Shown: in pieces, positions 13,975 to 26,791 of the stretch
How the letters are laid out: each line of letters starts with the position of its first letter
Numbering within the stretch: position 1 is the stretch's first letter
NCBI RefSeq assembly: GCF_036321535.1
Contig: NC_087437.1
Span: forward strand, 41,356,001 to 41,420,000
Source: Camelus dromedarius
Lineage: Eukaryota
Reading direction: 5' to 3'
DNA length: 64,000 nucleotides
The notes under the pieces: generated by a model
Told to the model about the DNA's origin: nothing
Databases searched by the model: none
What the model saw: only the letters and a program-made list of their open reading frames with translations
Made by a program: the position numbers and the translations under genes

Positions 13975-14373
13975 CAGAACCCAGGGTGATAAAGGGCCTC
14001 AAGTCTCTGTCCTATGAAGAACTAAGCAACTGAGGTTATATTGCCTGGAGACCAGGAGACACAAGTCTGTGTTTGGGGGAAGGAGGGAGAGGTCGTCTTC
14101 AAACATCTGAAGGACTATGTTCTTGTGGAAGAAGACAATTTATTTTTTTAAATAGCCCTGAGGGTGTGGAACGAGCTTGAAGTGGTAAACATTTCAGGAA
14201 GGCAGAATCTTGGTTCAATATGAAAATGAACATTCAGAGAGTTGCAAGAAAATGTACTGACTGGGAGGTGATGAGTTCCACATGACCAGAGGTGATCAAG
14301 GAGGGGGCTGAACAGACAGGTGGCAGAGGAATGATTGGACTAGATGACCTATGAGGACTTTTGCAACCCTCTG
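13975..14373 (+). mobile_element. L3/CR1 LINE 3' end
   Basis: gtcttcaaacatctgaagga...caggaaggcagaatcttggttcaatatga...ggactagatgacctatgaggacttttgcaaccct, a CR1-type 3' terminus. Confidence 0.8.
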
Positions 14374-14376
14374 AAA

Positions 14377-14415
14377 ACACACACACACACATACACACAC
14401 ACACACACACACACA
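14377..14415. repeat. (CA)n microsatellite with one interruption
   Basis: Seen directly in the sequence. Confidence 0.95.
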
Positions 14416-16569
14416 AAGACATAGTGCTCTCTCTCACTCTTTCTCAACAAGCACTATAACCACCAACATGCCCTCTTCATATTTTACAGCCTCAAGGAGT
14501 TTTTAAAAGAAACCTGAGTAATTCACCATATTCTTGGTTTACACTGTCACTCTGGAATAAAGTATGTCTCCATCACTACAATGACCAACACATATTTCAA
14601 AAAGGCAAATTAAGAAACAGAATAGACTAACGTTCATTTCTGAAATCTATGGCTAAGATTTAGTGGTGTTTTAGCAGTAAACATTAAACAATTATTTCCA
14701 CCTATTAAAATAATTACTCTATTTTAACAAAAATGTGTCTAGATTCCATTAGGTCCTAATAGGTGGCATGCCAATAAATAGTCAAAGCCTTCAGCAAATA
14801 GGTATGTGGCCTTTTGTTGGTTTATTTTTGTTGGGAGCCATGGCACCAGGAAGATGATTTCCTCATTAAAAATCCTGACATAGAATCTCTTCTGTTCACT
14901 ACTTATGTATTCTTTCCAGTAAATAAAGTGAAAAACAGACACTGAACTGTCACTTGACCACGTGGGACCAAAATGCTAGAGGTAAACAAATCTAACCAAG
15001 GACAGACAGACCAAGCTAGACTTGGGAGTAAGACTAGAAGCAACTTGGAAAAGCTAAACATTACTAATTGACCTTTATATAAAATATATTTCCACATCTA
15101 GATGTATGTGGCTTATATGCTTCCAGAAATATTCTCTTAACATATACATCTACTTTTTGTCTATTGAATTAAGTATGTTTCTTAAAAACTACTTGTGAAT
15201 AAAATTATGACTCTCTTGGGACAACTCATTACAAGAAACGAGAATCCTTCAAGAAAACAAAGGCTACATCCATATAATTGTTCACAAAATTACACCTCAT
15301 TTTATAAAATCCAGGAATGACAAAAGCTGGAGTTAACAAAACATTAAAGTCAAAGGTTTAATAGTTAATGTAAAGAAAGCACTTATCAGAATTTTTTCAT
15401 AGAAATCTGTTTCTCAGGCTGTAAAGTTTCTAGTTATGTCTACAGTATTTTAGAAATATACCGATTCCATAATGGTTAAATATAACCTACAATGTGGACA
15501 GTCACTTCGTAATTTTCCCTCTTTAGGTTCATGTATACTTGAGTTCAGATGTTGCTGTTTTATTACGCTTCAATCCTTCAGAGCTCAGAGTAACAGCAGG
15601 ACTGGGTTAGCGGCTCAAGAAACCCAGCTGTCTCTGTTCATGAGAGAGTGCCACTTAATAGCATTTGGGTTACCTAGAAACCAAACCCTTCACTCGGTAG
15701 GGAGGTTTAATTCTTTAGATAAATCAGTCCAAGGCCCCACAGCATTTCTAACACTCTCACTTGAGTAATGCACAGACAAGCTGCGGTGCCACAGAACAGG
15801 CATAGGGCTGACCAAAGAGACCAAGTCCCAAAATGTGATCTCCAAGGCCATCTCTGCAGTCTCCCCTCAGCTCGAGAGGTGCCGAAATTCTGTACCAACC
15901 ACTAAGAGAATGGCACCCTTTATACAGCAACGATGTCAAACAACGTACTTGGTAAATTTCCTTCCTCTTGCCATTTGTTTCCTTTTCTTTTTTTTTCCCC
16001 AGGTGACAAGAAATTAGGGCTAATTCTGGATTTTCCAAACATTTTCATCCTTAATTGAGAATCCTTATCTCTTTGTTATCCTGGCTTGCAAAAGAGTGTA
16101 CAGTCCACCGTACAAATGTATACTCTACAGGTGGGAAACACAGGACAAAGGACGGCACCGTAAAACCAATAGCATAGTACAGAGTTGCTACTCCAGAATG
16201 ACAGCCAATCAGAAGTAATTCTCTACCTAAACCAGAGCAGAAATCATTAGCTACATTAATTCACAGGTTAAATCCAGTTTCTCAAAATGCAATAACACAA
16301 TCTTCCAACCTAATTATCTTCACTGAAAGTATTTAAAAGCATCTGCTGAGACACCTTTCTTTCTTGTGTCAGGATCAATGTCAAGCGAACAACTTGGATG
16401 GACTGCATTCTGTCTAATTGTAGGGGGTTGACACTTTAGAAAATAATCACTTTTTGCAAGACAGAAATTTTCCCCTGGAGTGGACACCAAAAAAAAGGGT
16501 ACCTCCTGGCAAATAAAAATTTAAATATTTATCCATTTTACAATAGTGCTTTAAAAACCAGATTCCCAA

Positions 16570-16572
<3 letters not shown>

Positions 16573-16614
<42 letters not shown>
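16573..16614. repeat. (AT)21 microsatellite
   Basis: Perfect 42-nt AT run followed by a degenerate CA/TA tail. Confidence 0.95.
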
Positions 16615-16617
<3 letters not shown>

Positions 16618-17581
16618 TACACACATACACACACATATATATATTCTTTTGACATTCTGTAGAACTGGAAATATCACAAAAATCTACAATAATTTTAATC
16701 AACTAAGAGAAGTTTAGGACTCAGAGAAGGAATTAAAAAAAAAAAAAAAACCAGAACAACAAGGGAGGTCACTTGTAGTGGGACGGCAACCCCCTCTCAC
16801 TACCACTCGGGGAAGTGATGGTTATCTCCCTAGAAATAATCATGAGGAAACAGCTGGTTTGTTTTGAAACCACTGATTTCAACAACTCATTCACTAAAAC
16901 TCTCTGAGCTTTAGTCCAAAAACAGTTCATTTCCATTTTCTTTTGATAATCAGGAGAATCAACCCACTTTTCCAAACAATCCCTTTTTTAGATCATTTAC
17001 TGGGGGAAAATATCCTTTAAAAGCATGTTTGGGGTGAATTTATAAGCAAAAATTAGTATAAGGGCAAGAAGAACTTTTCATTCTTCAGCTTAATCTCAAC
17101 TCAAGTTCACCTTTTAATTACTTCCTACCTTGTAGAAGTCACTGCTGCCATGAGGCTTTTCTTGGTGAGGCGGCCAGTTTTCTCCAAACACTGTTCACTA
17201 AACTTATTTAACCCATGCCCTACTCCAGGAACAAATTTGCTTTACAGCTGCGACACCTTAGTAGCTTAAATTTCTAAAGTAAATGGCATTCTTTGCGTCT
17301 TTGAAAACCAGTTCTGGCAGTGATTAAAGTAAAGGAAAGTAAACACCTAAAGAGCTTGAAATATGCAACATCAGAATTCATGTGTCAGATGTAAACTCTG
17401 TAATATATTATGAAGGGAAATGCCCAAATCCCAGAATCCGGTTTAGGCAATGGGACTACAGATACAGTTAAAAAGATGGACAGTCAATTAACAAGTATAT
17501 TATTTCATTTTAAATCTGTTAAGAGACATACATGCGTGAGAACAGACAGCACTGCTACTCAGCATTCATGAACTGAAACTA

Positions 17582-17722
<141 letters not shown>

Positions 17723-18126
17723 CTAGGCATTGTCTTAATCCAAAACAAATATGTATTTAAAATAAGTGAATAAACAACTTTAGCTTTGGGGGGCTCTCAT
17801 ATGTTTGTATTAAATAGATTAAAATTTAATTCAGCTGCAGCTATGAAATCAGTCATAATCCATTTGTTTCTATTTTACATTTCTATGAGATGTGTTTAAA
17901 TCAGACAAAAGGAGACAAGCCTTCCACTGAAACAATAAAAAAGAATTAACACATTTCTCACTGTCAAATGGAAAACATACTTGTAGGTACATCAGGATAA
18001 AATGAAAGACTCATCATCCTGAGGGGGTTCTAATTTGTAAGTTCTTTCTCTTTGACATTTCTGAGCTGCTCACTGTGTTGAACAATGGCAGTTCACAAAG
18101 GGGTGTTCCTGTACTGGGGGGCAACC

Positions 18127-18434
18127 TTTTTTTTTTGATGAAGTATCATCAGCTTACAATGTTGTGTCAATTTCTGGTGTACAGTATGTTTCAATCATAT
18201 ACATATACATACATATATTCCTTTTCATATTCTTTTTCATTATAAGTCACTACAAGATATTGAATATAGTTCCCTGTGCTATACAGTGTAAACTTGTTTA
18301 CCTAGTTTACATACAGTAGTTAGTATCTGCAAATCTCGAACTCCCAATTTATCCCTTCCCCCCACCTTTCCCCCTGGCAACCTTAAGTTTGTTTTCTATG
18401 TCTGTGAGTCTGTTTCTGTTTTGTAAATAAGTTC
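18127..18434 (-). mobile_element. Lineage-specific (artiodactyl/camelid-type) L1 3' UTR fragment
   Basis: T10 followed by gaagtatcatcagcttacaatgttgtgtcaatttctggtgtacag...gatattgaatatagttccctgtgctatacag...ctatgtctgtgagtctgtttctgttttgtaaataagttc. Confidence 0.9.
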
Positions 18435-18848
18435 TTACCTACAGCACTCAACAGTTTCCAAAAGAAAATGGTATCTACCTAATTTCCTCTTTCAGGATGT
18501 ATTTTTTTGGATTCATCTCCCCTCTCTATGAGGCTGCCTCTGCAAAACACACTTTTGCGGTTGGCATCAGTTCCTACAGTACCTGGGGAGTCCAGCAGGG
18601 TTTATTTTGCAAACTAAATTGGAGAATTATGCAAGTTCTTACCACCAAACAGGTGTCAGCTAACCCTCAATGTCAGCGAATTGTTAGAGTGCTCAATAAA
18701 TATCCAGTAATCGTGGCTATTACTGATCTCCATCCCAAAAGTCAAAAAAAAAAAAAAAGCCTATAAAACTTAACTCAGAAGCAGAAAGTGACTTCAATCT
18801 CTACTGATTTCCTGATTGGACAGGAATCATTTCTTTAAAGGCCTAGAT

Positions 18849-19317
18849 CAAGAACCACAAACATATAGGTCCACAGAAGACAGGCAAGTAATGGAAAAGA
18901 GTGAGGCGGGCCACTGGGGGCATGTGTCCTTTGCTGGGCGGGGGGTGGGTACCACCCTGGAACCAGTAGTTGTAGCATCAACTGATGAACACAATATTGC
19001 CAGGTCTAAAGATTTTTTCAAGAAAAACCGAACATTTTGTTTAATGTGAGAGCTCCTTATTTTTAAAAGTTAGGCACTCATTCATTTAAAAACAAAAACA
19101 TCACAATGAAAAAAAAATGTGACAATGAATATATATGTCCATGTATAACTGAAAAATTGTGCTCTACATTGGAATTTGACACAACATTGTAAAATGACTA
19201 TAACTCAATAAAAAAAGTTTAAAAATAAAAAATAAAAACAAAAACAAAAACAAAAAAACTCTGAGGGACAAATAAAAAAGACTTCAACATCTGGCCTAAA
19301 AAGCATTCCTATCTCTG
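18849..19317. mobile_element. MER102-like hAT-Charlie element interrupted by an L1 fragment
   Basis: caggcaagtaatggaaaagagtgaggcgggcc...tattgccaggtctaaagattttttcaagaaaaacc...atgtgagagctccttatttttaaaagttaggcact. Confidence 0.7.
19101..19258 (+). mobile_element. Young camelid-type L1 extreme 3' end with A-rich tail
   Basis: tgtgacaatgaatatatatgtccatgtataactgaaaaattgtgctctacattggaatttgacacaacattgtaaaatgactataactcAATAAA followed by an A-rich tail. Confidence 0.85.
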
Positions 19318-19374
19318 GTCAACACGTGTACGGAGCCCTGCCAGAGAGTTTTACAGTGACAGAGGCAGGAGGGG

Positions 19375-19580
19375 GAGCCTGAGCTTTAGGTGCAGACAGA
19401 CCTGGGCTGAACAGCAGCTCTTGGCCTTGTCTGGCTGCGTGACCCCAGGATACCCTGGGAGAGCAACTCAGTGTCCCTGCAGACACCACAGGGATGACAG
19501 CTCAGCAGAGCTCTGGGGAAGCGTGAATGAGGGCCCAGCGCCACTCCTAGCCCAGAGTCAGCACGTATTAATAGCTAATA
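19375..19580 (+). mobile_element. MIR SINE, GC-shifted
   Basis: gagcctgagctttaggtgcagacagacctgggctgaa...tggctgcgtgacccc head and core. Confidence 0.6.
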
Positions 19581-20754
19581 GGAATCAATTTTAAGCTGAG
19601 GAATTCCACACCCCTGGTACTACTGAAAGGAAGAAGGGCTGCTGTTCCTGGGGAAGGAGACAAATGAGTGTGATGTGACAAATTAGAGCTCTTCAAAGTT
19701 CAGTCTTTGATACATCAGGCCCAAGAGAAGCTCTTTGCAATGTGCCTTCAAAGATCCCACCTAGAAGACAAATTAAAAAATAATAATAAAACAAAATAAA
19801 AAACCAACAGCTTGAAGGACTTAGTTGCTCATGAAGACTGGTATTAGCATCATTTGTTATTATAAAGCCAGGAGGGCAAGTAACCCCACTCCAGACTCAC
19901 GTCCCGTCAGATGGAGAAGTCCAGAAATTCCAACTACGCCCCACCTGGTCTGGGAGGTGAGGACACGTTCCAGATGGAACCGTGAGACAGGAGAGCACGG
20001 TAAGGACCTACAGCTCCGTAGACAGGGACCCTGGAGCTAGAAGTCACTGTCACTGTCACTGCCACCTGGGCAGCACCTCAAGATTGGAAAGAAAAATTGT
20101 GTTTGCTGAACCAGTAGGCCATTAGAGCAGCAGGTTTTATTACAAAGAAATTAGGAATTAGAAAGAAATGGGGGGGGGGGGAGCAAAAAGCTCAGAAACG
20201 GTGGCAGCTGCTGTTTGTTTCTAAGCTGTGCTTCCCAGTAGTTTGTTTGCTCAGTGGTGTTTCTGCAACAAATTTCAAGAGAGGTTCTACATTTGCTTGA
20301 AATATCTCAATTGTATTTTCAACATTCATTTTTCTTTACTAAAAAAAGAATAAAATATGAACCAAAGTAAGGAGATGTTAAGATGGTGAGTTCTGGATGC
20401 CTTAAGGAGCCTGGGAAGCACAGGAGGGGTGGAAGGGGAGGCAGGCACAGAAACAGGGCACCCCGGGGTCACCCCACCTCACAGACACCTGCTCAGGGCT
20501 GAGGTTTAATGGGTAGGTCTCAGGAGGAGGCGGGCAGCTGACTTCTAGGTTCCTTCCTCTCCTCCAATATTTGATTAATAGGCATATGGCCCAGCCAGTC
20601 GGAGCCAAGAAGGCTCAGTGCCAAGACTTTCATTCCAGCTGCTGGGAGAGAGGCTCCTTCCACTGTATACATCCGAAGGGCTCAGAAGCAAAGGTCAGAG
20701 GGACTAGAGTTTGACTGGCAACCCTCCTTGGGTAGGCAACCAAACCGGAAACAA

Positions 20755-21200
20755 TCATCCAAGTAGGGTGGTTCCCCAGGAAAGACTCTGAGAACCAGTG
20801 AAATTTACACAGAGGGTTAATCAGGGTGTGTGTGTGTCTCAGAATCAACATCACTGGGGGTAAAGGAGAAAGGATTGGATAAGCAGATGGAAGGGGAAAG
20901 GGTTAACTGTGATGCAGCGGAACAAAGACAGATCTGGTCCCACAGGAGCCCTGGAGCTGGGATGGCTCTTCAAAATCATCCTACCTTGAGGCATGGGGAC
21001 CTCTGTACCCCACCTCCATTGACTTAGTCATGGCACTCAGGCTCTCCCATCCCAGAGGTTATGAAGCGACACTCTTCAGCAGAGGACAACTTCCAGGTGA
21101 GAACCACTGACAGCTGCCCACATTCCCAGTGGGCAGAAAATGAGCAGCCCAGTAGTGAGTGGAAAGGGAATCTGGGTGACACACCACAGCATCCACTACA
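20755..21200 (-). mobile_element. LTR16-family (ERVL) solo LTR
   Basis: Ends gggaatctgggtgacacaccacagcatccactaca, the reverse of the LTR16 start tgtag...gctgtggtg...cccagat. Internal ggagccctggagctgggatggctcttca. Confidence 0.8.
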
Positions 21201-21554
21201 AGCACTGCACCTAGAAATGAATACCCATTTGGAACTGGAAGAGAAGTCTATAAGCATCTGCTTTCTACAGTACGTTGACAGTGGTAAGACAGAACGTCAC
21301 AATTAAGAGATTTAGTATTTGCAAGGAGGGGGCTCTCTAAGACCCTAGAAAACACAAGGCAGAGCTATTGTTCAGCGACACTTGAACTTAGCACTGATTC
21401 TAAGCTTCCCTCTCCCTTATGCCCCAACCCAAGTTCCTGCAGAGCCAGATGTTTGTGGATATTCTCTTACACAAATACATATAAATGTTAGTGGCTTTCT
21501 TGGGGAATTGTACATGGTGAGCATTCAGCTGTACTCGCCATTCTTGCAGGACTC

Positions 21555-22445
21555 TAAAGTAATCTCTCCCAAGGCTCACCAATGACCTCCATCTGCTGTT
21601 TGTAATGGTTTCTTCTCAGTCTGTCCTGGTTGTTCCCTTTGAGGCATTTACACTGCTAAGAACCGCCACTCTTATTGAAATCTTCCCCCTCCTTTGTCTT
21701 CCATCAGACCACTCATAGAGATTTTTGTTTCTTCTCCCCAGACCTTAAAGGTTGGCTGACCCCAAGGTTCCATCTCATGTCAGTCACCAAGTGCTAATGA
21801 TTTTATCTACAAAAATCCACCATAACCATCTACTCCACTCTGTTCATACACCAGGACTCACCACTTCTTCCTGGGACTGTTGATTTTCAATTAATTCTCT
21901 CCTCTTTTCAATCTATCCTTCACAGGGATCTTTCTAAAATAGACATTTCCAAACACAATACACCATGCTTTAAAATCCTACACAATGTGGTTCCAATTGA
22001 AAGTCAAGGTCCTGTCATTCTTAGGCCTGGCCTTCGTTCCCAGACTGTGATCCATCATTTTGTGCCTATAATCAACCATCTCAAACCTCACTTCCCTAAC
22101 ACATCACACTTAACCGTGTCTCTCTGCTTTGGTTCATAATATCTGCCTGCTAAGATTATTCCTTCTACCATTCTCTGTGAAGCAAGCCCATCCTTGAAGG
22201 GCCAGTGTGACACCTCTTCTGTGAAGCCTTCCTCAAATCAGTGCCACTGCTTCTTTGCACCCACCACACGTTGTACATAGATAGCTCTATGATAACCACT
22301 TTCCCACAGCACAAATCCCCTCTTCCACGTCTCTCCATTGGTGAATTACAATGGCCTGAGAGCAGGCACTGGACCATATTTATCTTAATATTTCCAGCAC
22401 TTAGCAAGGTGTCCAACATATAACTGCTAGACGTAACTATTTACT
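21555..22445 (+). mobile_element. L2 LINE 3' portion
   Basis: caaggctcaccaatgacctccat...cagtcaccaagtgc...cagggatcttttctaaaat...cctcttctgtgaagccttcct...ccagcacttagcaaggtgtccaacata. Confidence 0.8.
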
Positions 22446-23115
22446 CAGGGAGGCTGACATCCCACTCCCCATGCTCCACATGCGTTGCAAAAAATGGGAT
22501 CAGAAGGTAGAGCCAAAGGTCAAGCAAAGTTACGTCATTTCCTTTTCGGTCTAGACAAAAGTTTCCCAGCCACTGCCCCTTCCGACCCCTGACCAGATCC
22601 CAGCTGCACAAAACTGTCACATGCATAAGCTCCCATGGTATTGCCAGCTCTAAAGAAAACTCCTAAAGCCTGTTGGTGTAAGCTGGGCCTCAGGTGCACG
22701 GAGAAGACAGGCTGTCAGGATGCAACCACAGGCAACGCAACAAGAAGACGCTGTACCTAATGATCATGTTACAAAGACAGGAAAGGTAGGAGACAAGAAC
22801 CAGCTTAATTCTCCCTCTCCTGTTTGCTTAGCTGCTCGTCAAGCCAGGATGGGCGGCATGGAAGAAGGTTACACACACCAAGGAGAAAAGAGCAAATCGT
22901 TGACATTTACCAAAGTCAGGAATCCCTGTTGGCTACACACGCCTTTATTCAGATCTTAACCTTTGCTGGAAGGCTGAAAAGAAAATTTAATTCTAAGGTA
23001 GAGTAGTTTACATTATTTCATAATGAAATATAATGACATACCAAAAGACAAGCTGTTGCATGAAAGAAAATGTAACTTTTCAGCCAGAACAGATGAAGGC
23101 AAATTTGGCTAGTCA

Positions 23116-23380
23116 TAATAATAAAAATCACAACAATCACTAACATTTTATGAGCATTTATATTCCAGGCACTATTCTAAGCATTTTCCATGAACAAGTC
23201 ATTTAATTATCACAACTCTATCAAGTGGATGCTATTGCTGTCTTTGTTTTACAGAGGAAGAAACTGAGGCACAGAGAGAATAAGACCTTAGTCAAGGTCA
23301 TACCACCGATGGATGTCTGAGCCAGGGTGGGTACCGGGCTGGTCAGACTCCAAACCCTGGACTCTTAACCACTTGCCACC
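23116..23380 (-). mobile_element. MIR SINE, full length
   Basis: ccaggcactattctaagcatt...ttttacagaggaagaaactgaggcacagagag...gactccaaaccctggactcttaaccact. Confidence 0.85.
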
Positions 23381-23391
23381 CCATCAGCTTC

Positions 23392-23586
23392 ATAGAATCA
23401 GACTTCCCAGCCCTTGATTTACCACTTGCTAGCTCTCCAAGCTTGGGCAAGTTTCAAAACTGCCCTGAGTCTCAGTTTCTTCATCTTTAAAATGGGGTAT
23501 CTCCCAGACAGAAGACTGTGAAGACTGTGAAAGCATCTACACTAGCTCAGGGCCTGAAATATAATAGACTTTGGTAAATATTAACC
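23392..23586 (+). mobile_element. MIR SINE
   Basis: accacttgctagct...cttgggcaagtt...ctgagtctcagtttcttcatctttaaaatgggg. Confidence 0.8.
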
Positions 23587-25719
23587 TCTTTCCTTCCTTT
23601 TCTTTTTCCCTTTGAAATAGAGTTCATTTAATCTACAAGGAATAAGCCAGAAAAATTCAATCTGTATTTCATATATTCTCAACTAACAAAGCCAGTAAAA
23701 GAAAGCCTATTGTGTGTTAACCAAGATCACCACATGCTTAATAAACAGGGTCAGATATTTATGGACAAACAGGTATCTCTTTAGAAATTAGAGAGACAAC
23801 TGGGAAGATTCATTAACTTTTCTGGGCTCCCGGAGCGCTGGAAAAAATCCTCTCTTCTATCAGCTGGTGAAATTCCGGTGGTATTGGCAGGCTCAAGTCT
23901 GACTTCTCAGCAGGGTGGAGTGATTTAAGATCTAGAAGTTAATATTCCCAGTCACTGAGTTACACTTTCTTTCCTGAATGACACTGGATTTACCAGAACA
24001 CTAAATAACATCTCTGGACTAAATCCCAAAGATTGAAAAAGGCAAACCTAAATATCTAACTAGGATGACTACTTCCTGAGCATCATAAAAGTTGATACAT
24101 ATTCTTCCCAGTCCTCCCCGCCCCCACCCTCCCTCCATGTCTAAAAATGAAATCAAGAGAGAACTTGGGAGGCGTCCTAAGCAACAGCTTACACAGACTC
24201 TAGACAACCCTTCTCCCAAACTCCTCTTAAAGACATAGCCACTCTGTGACAGACCTTTGACTTGAGGTCACCGGTTCTGCAGCAGTGTGAAACAGACCCC
24301 ACAGAATATGGATGGCTGATACGGCTCCCAGAACGACTGCCTACCCCCAGATTCCCTACTGACATCTGCCAAAAGACTGTGCTTACTCTAAACTTACAGG
24401 CCTTAAAAAGACCAAAATGTTATTTCTCTTAGAACCATATTTAGCAGCTGTTTTGTTCGGTTTCAGCCTTAACTGACAAGCATATGCTTACAAAAGCAAA
24501 ACAGAACAAAGAAAACAGGAACAGTAGGAGAACTCGCCATATTTATCTTGAGCCTTCAGGCTTTTCAACACCGCTGTTATTCCAAAGTAAGTACAGCCCT
24601 GGGAAACATTGTGCTGATGCAACGCAGCATCCCCCAGTTGCAGTCCAGTCTGCACGCACAGCCAGGCAAGGTCCCTCGAATCATTTTCCATGGACCTCCC
24701 TTCCTACTGTGGGGGTCTGAGGAGCCCTTCCGCAATGGAGTGTATTCAGTCCCCGGCTGCTACCCACAGCCTCCACGCCCATCTACTGGTGGAAGCAGGT
24801 GATACATTGGCCCTGCCTCCTGGTGCTTCCAATTTAATGAAGGACTAGACATGAACACAGAACTACAAGTTCACAGTCTTAAATTACAATGAAAAGCGAT
24901 AAGCAGGAAAATTACAAGGGGCTCCAAGAGTATATACCTGGGACATCTGGAATACAGCCCAGACTTAACACACTGCCCAAGCTGTGCATCTCAAACAGAA
25001 TGGATGATTCAAGCTACATGTATAAAATGAAGAATAAAACACTGACTGTTGAACCTTCTCACTTGATTATCTATACAGAACAAATTAAACTATGCAGAGC
25101 TATCAGAGGATTGGTGCAAAAAGGTAGGTTTCAAGTCAGGACTCTGCTCCTTGCTAGTGTTACCTGACCTCTCATATTCCGGTTTTCCCACCCGTAAAAT
25201 GGGATAATCCCGCTTCATAAGGCTGCATCGCACACATGACCCGGGCCAAGCACCCCACCCACCCCCAGCGCCACATGTCCAGCGTCATCCTTCAAGAAGG
25301 GTGGTGCTACGTGCAGGTTGACCCCAGAAGGTCGTCTGCCCCTTCCAGCTGTGCTTGGCTGAACAGCACTGGCGTCCTTTTACTAATACTAACTCTGGCA
25401 GGATCAGGCCATGGTCCCCGCCAAACTTCAGGGGACACGGTTCTCAACACTGGTGGCTGCCAGCCCTCGGTGCAGGGAGAACAGAGCCTCCACACCTCCT
25501 GTTGGGTCTGCAGTTCCACCTGCTGCTCAACAGCCCTTGGCCGTGAACCAGCTTCCCCCAAGCCTGCCACTGCCCATGGGCGGCCGTCGAGGTGCCGCGG
25601 CTCCAGCCTGTCCTCACAAAGGCAGCCTTGAGAATTAGATTTGAAACCAGGCTCCTCAGATTAATAGGAGCGAGACTTTAAGCTATAAAGGGCATTATCG
25701 CTGTCTCTGGATAGGCAAT

Positions 25720-26120
25720 GGCCTAAAGGCTTTATATACATTTTCATATTTAATCTTCATAGCAACTGTGGGAAGTAGATATTACTAACCCCAGTTTTCA
25801 GATGATGAAACAAAGGCTCCAAAGAATTAAGTGACCTGCTCAAGGTTAAATAGTATGTGGTGGAGACAGCAGCCAAGATCAGGCTGTAAAGTGAGGACAG
25901 AAATACCTCCCAGGAGGATCGTTCTGAGGATCAGGAACAACATACGCAAAGCATTTAGCACAAGGCATGGCAGTGCTTAACAAATGAAAGCCACTGCTAT
26001 GATTGTCCTTGCTGCTGGTATTATTAAAAGTTGCCCAAGATGACAGCATTGGTCAGTAGTAGAGGCAGGATTCAAATTCAGGTATTTTGAATCCAGGTCC
26101 AGCATTACTCACTTCTCTAC
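25720..26120. mobile_element. Cluster of MIR fragments in mixed orientation
   Basis: cccagttttcagatgatgaaacaaaggctcc...aagtgacctgctcaaggt (-); aaagcatttagcaca...gtgcttaacaaatg (+); ttgcccaagatgacagc...ggcaggattcaaattcagg (-). Confidence 0.7.
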
Positions 26121-26404
26121 ACGTGGCCAGTGTGAAATTAACTGGGGGCTGTGCGGATGGTGAAGGCCAGGCAGTTTATCAATAAAGCCAGAGAAGGGCC
26201 AGTGACCCCCAACCAACCAGAAGTAAAATGCACCAAATCGTTGCACAGCGCCCCTCCTTCCCATCAGAGCCTGGATGAGTCCCAGAGAGGGAGACTGAGC
26301 AGGCGCTGAGATTTCTACCCAAAGCTACCGTTTCTTTTTTTCCTACTTTGCCATCAGCTAGGACGAATCCTGATTACTTTAAGCTGACCAATTAATTGAC
26401 AGTG

Positions 26405-26663
26405 AAAGGCAGTATGCCATCGTAGTTAAGACCACAGACTACAGCCAGAAAGCCGGATTCTGCTCCCAGCTTCAACACTTACTAGCTCTGTCACCTTGAA
26501 CATATTATTTAATCTCTCTGGGCCTCAGTTTCTTCAACTGCAAAATAGTGATGACAGTAGTACTTACTTCACAGGACTATTACAAAATAATTAATATATA
26601 GATAAATTTAAAGCAATGTCTGGCATATTGTAAGTACTCAAAAGTGTTTGCTAATAATAATTC
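26405..26663 (+). mobile_element. MIR SINE, full length
   Basis: gtagttaagaccacagact...cacttactagctctgtcaccttgaa...tctctctgggcctcagtttcttcaactgcaaaat...tctggcatattgtaagtactcaa. Confidence 0.9.
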
Positions 26664-26664
26664 T

Positions 26665-26791
26665 TTACCCTAGAATGCAGATTCTAAGAAGGAATGACTT
26701 GTATTGGTTTTGTTCACTGCAGTATCCCCACTACTTGGGTCAGGGACTGGGACATTATTAGACACACAATAAATAGGTGCTGGATGAATCA
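26665..26791 (+). mobile_element. L2 3' end
   Basis: ctagaatgcagattc...ttttgttcactgcagtatcccca...caataaataggtgctggatgaat. Confidence 0.75.
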
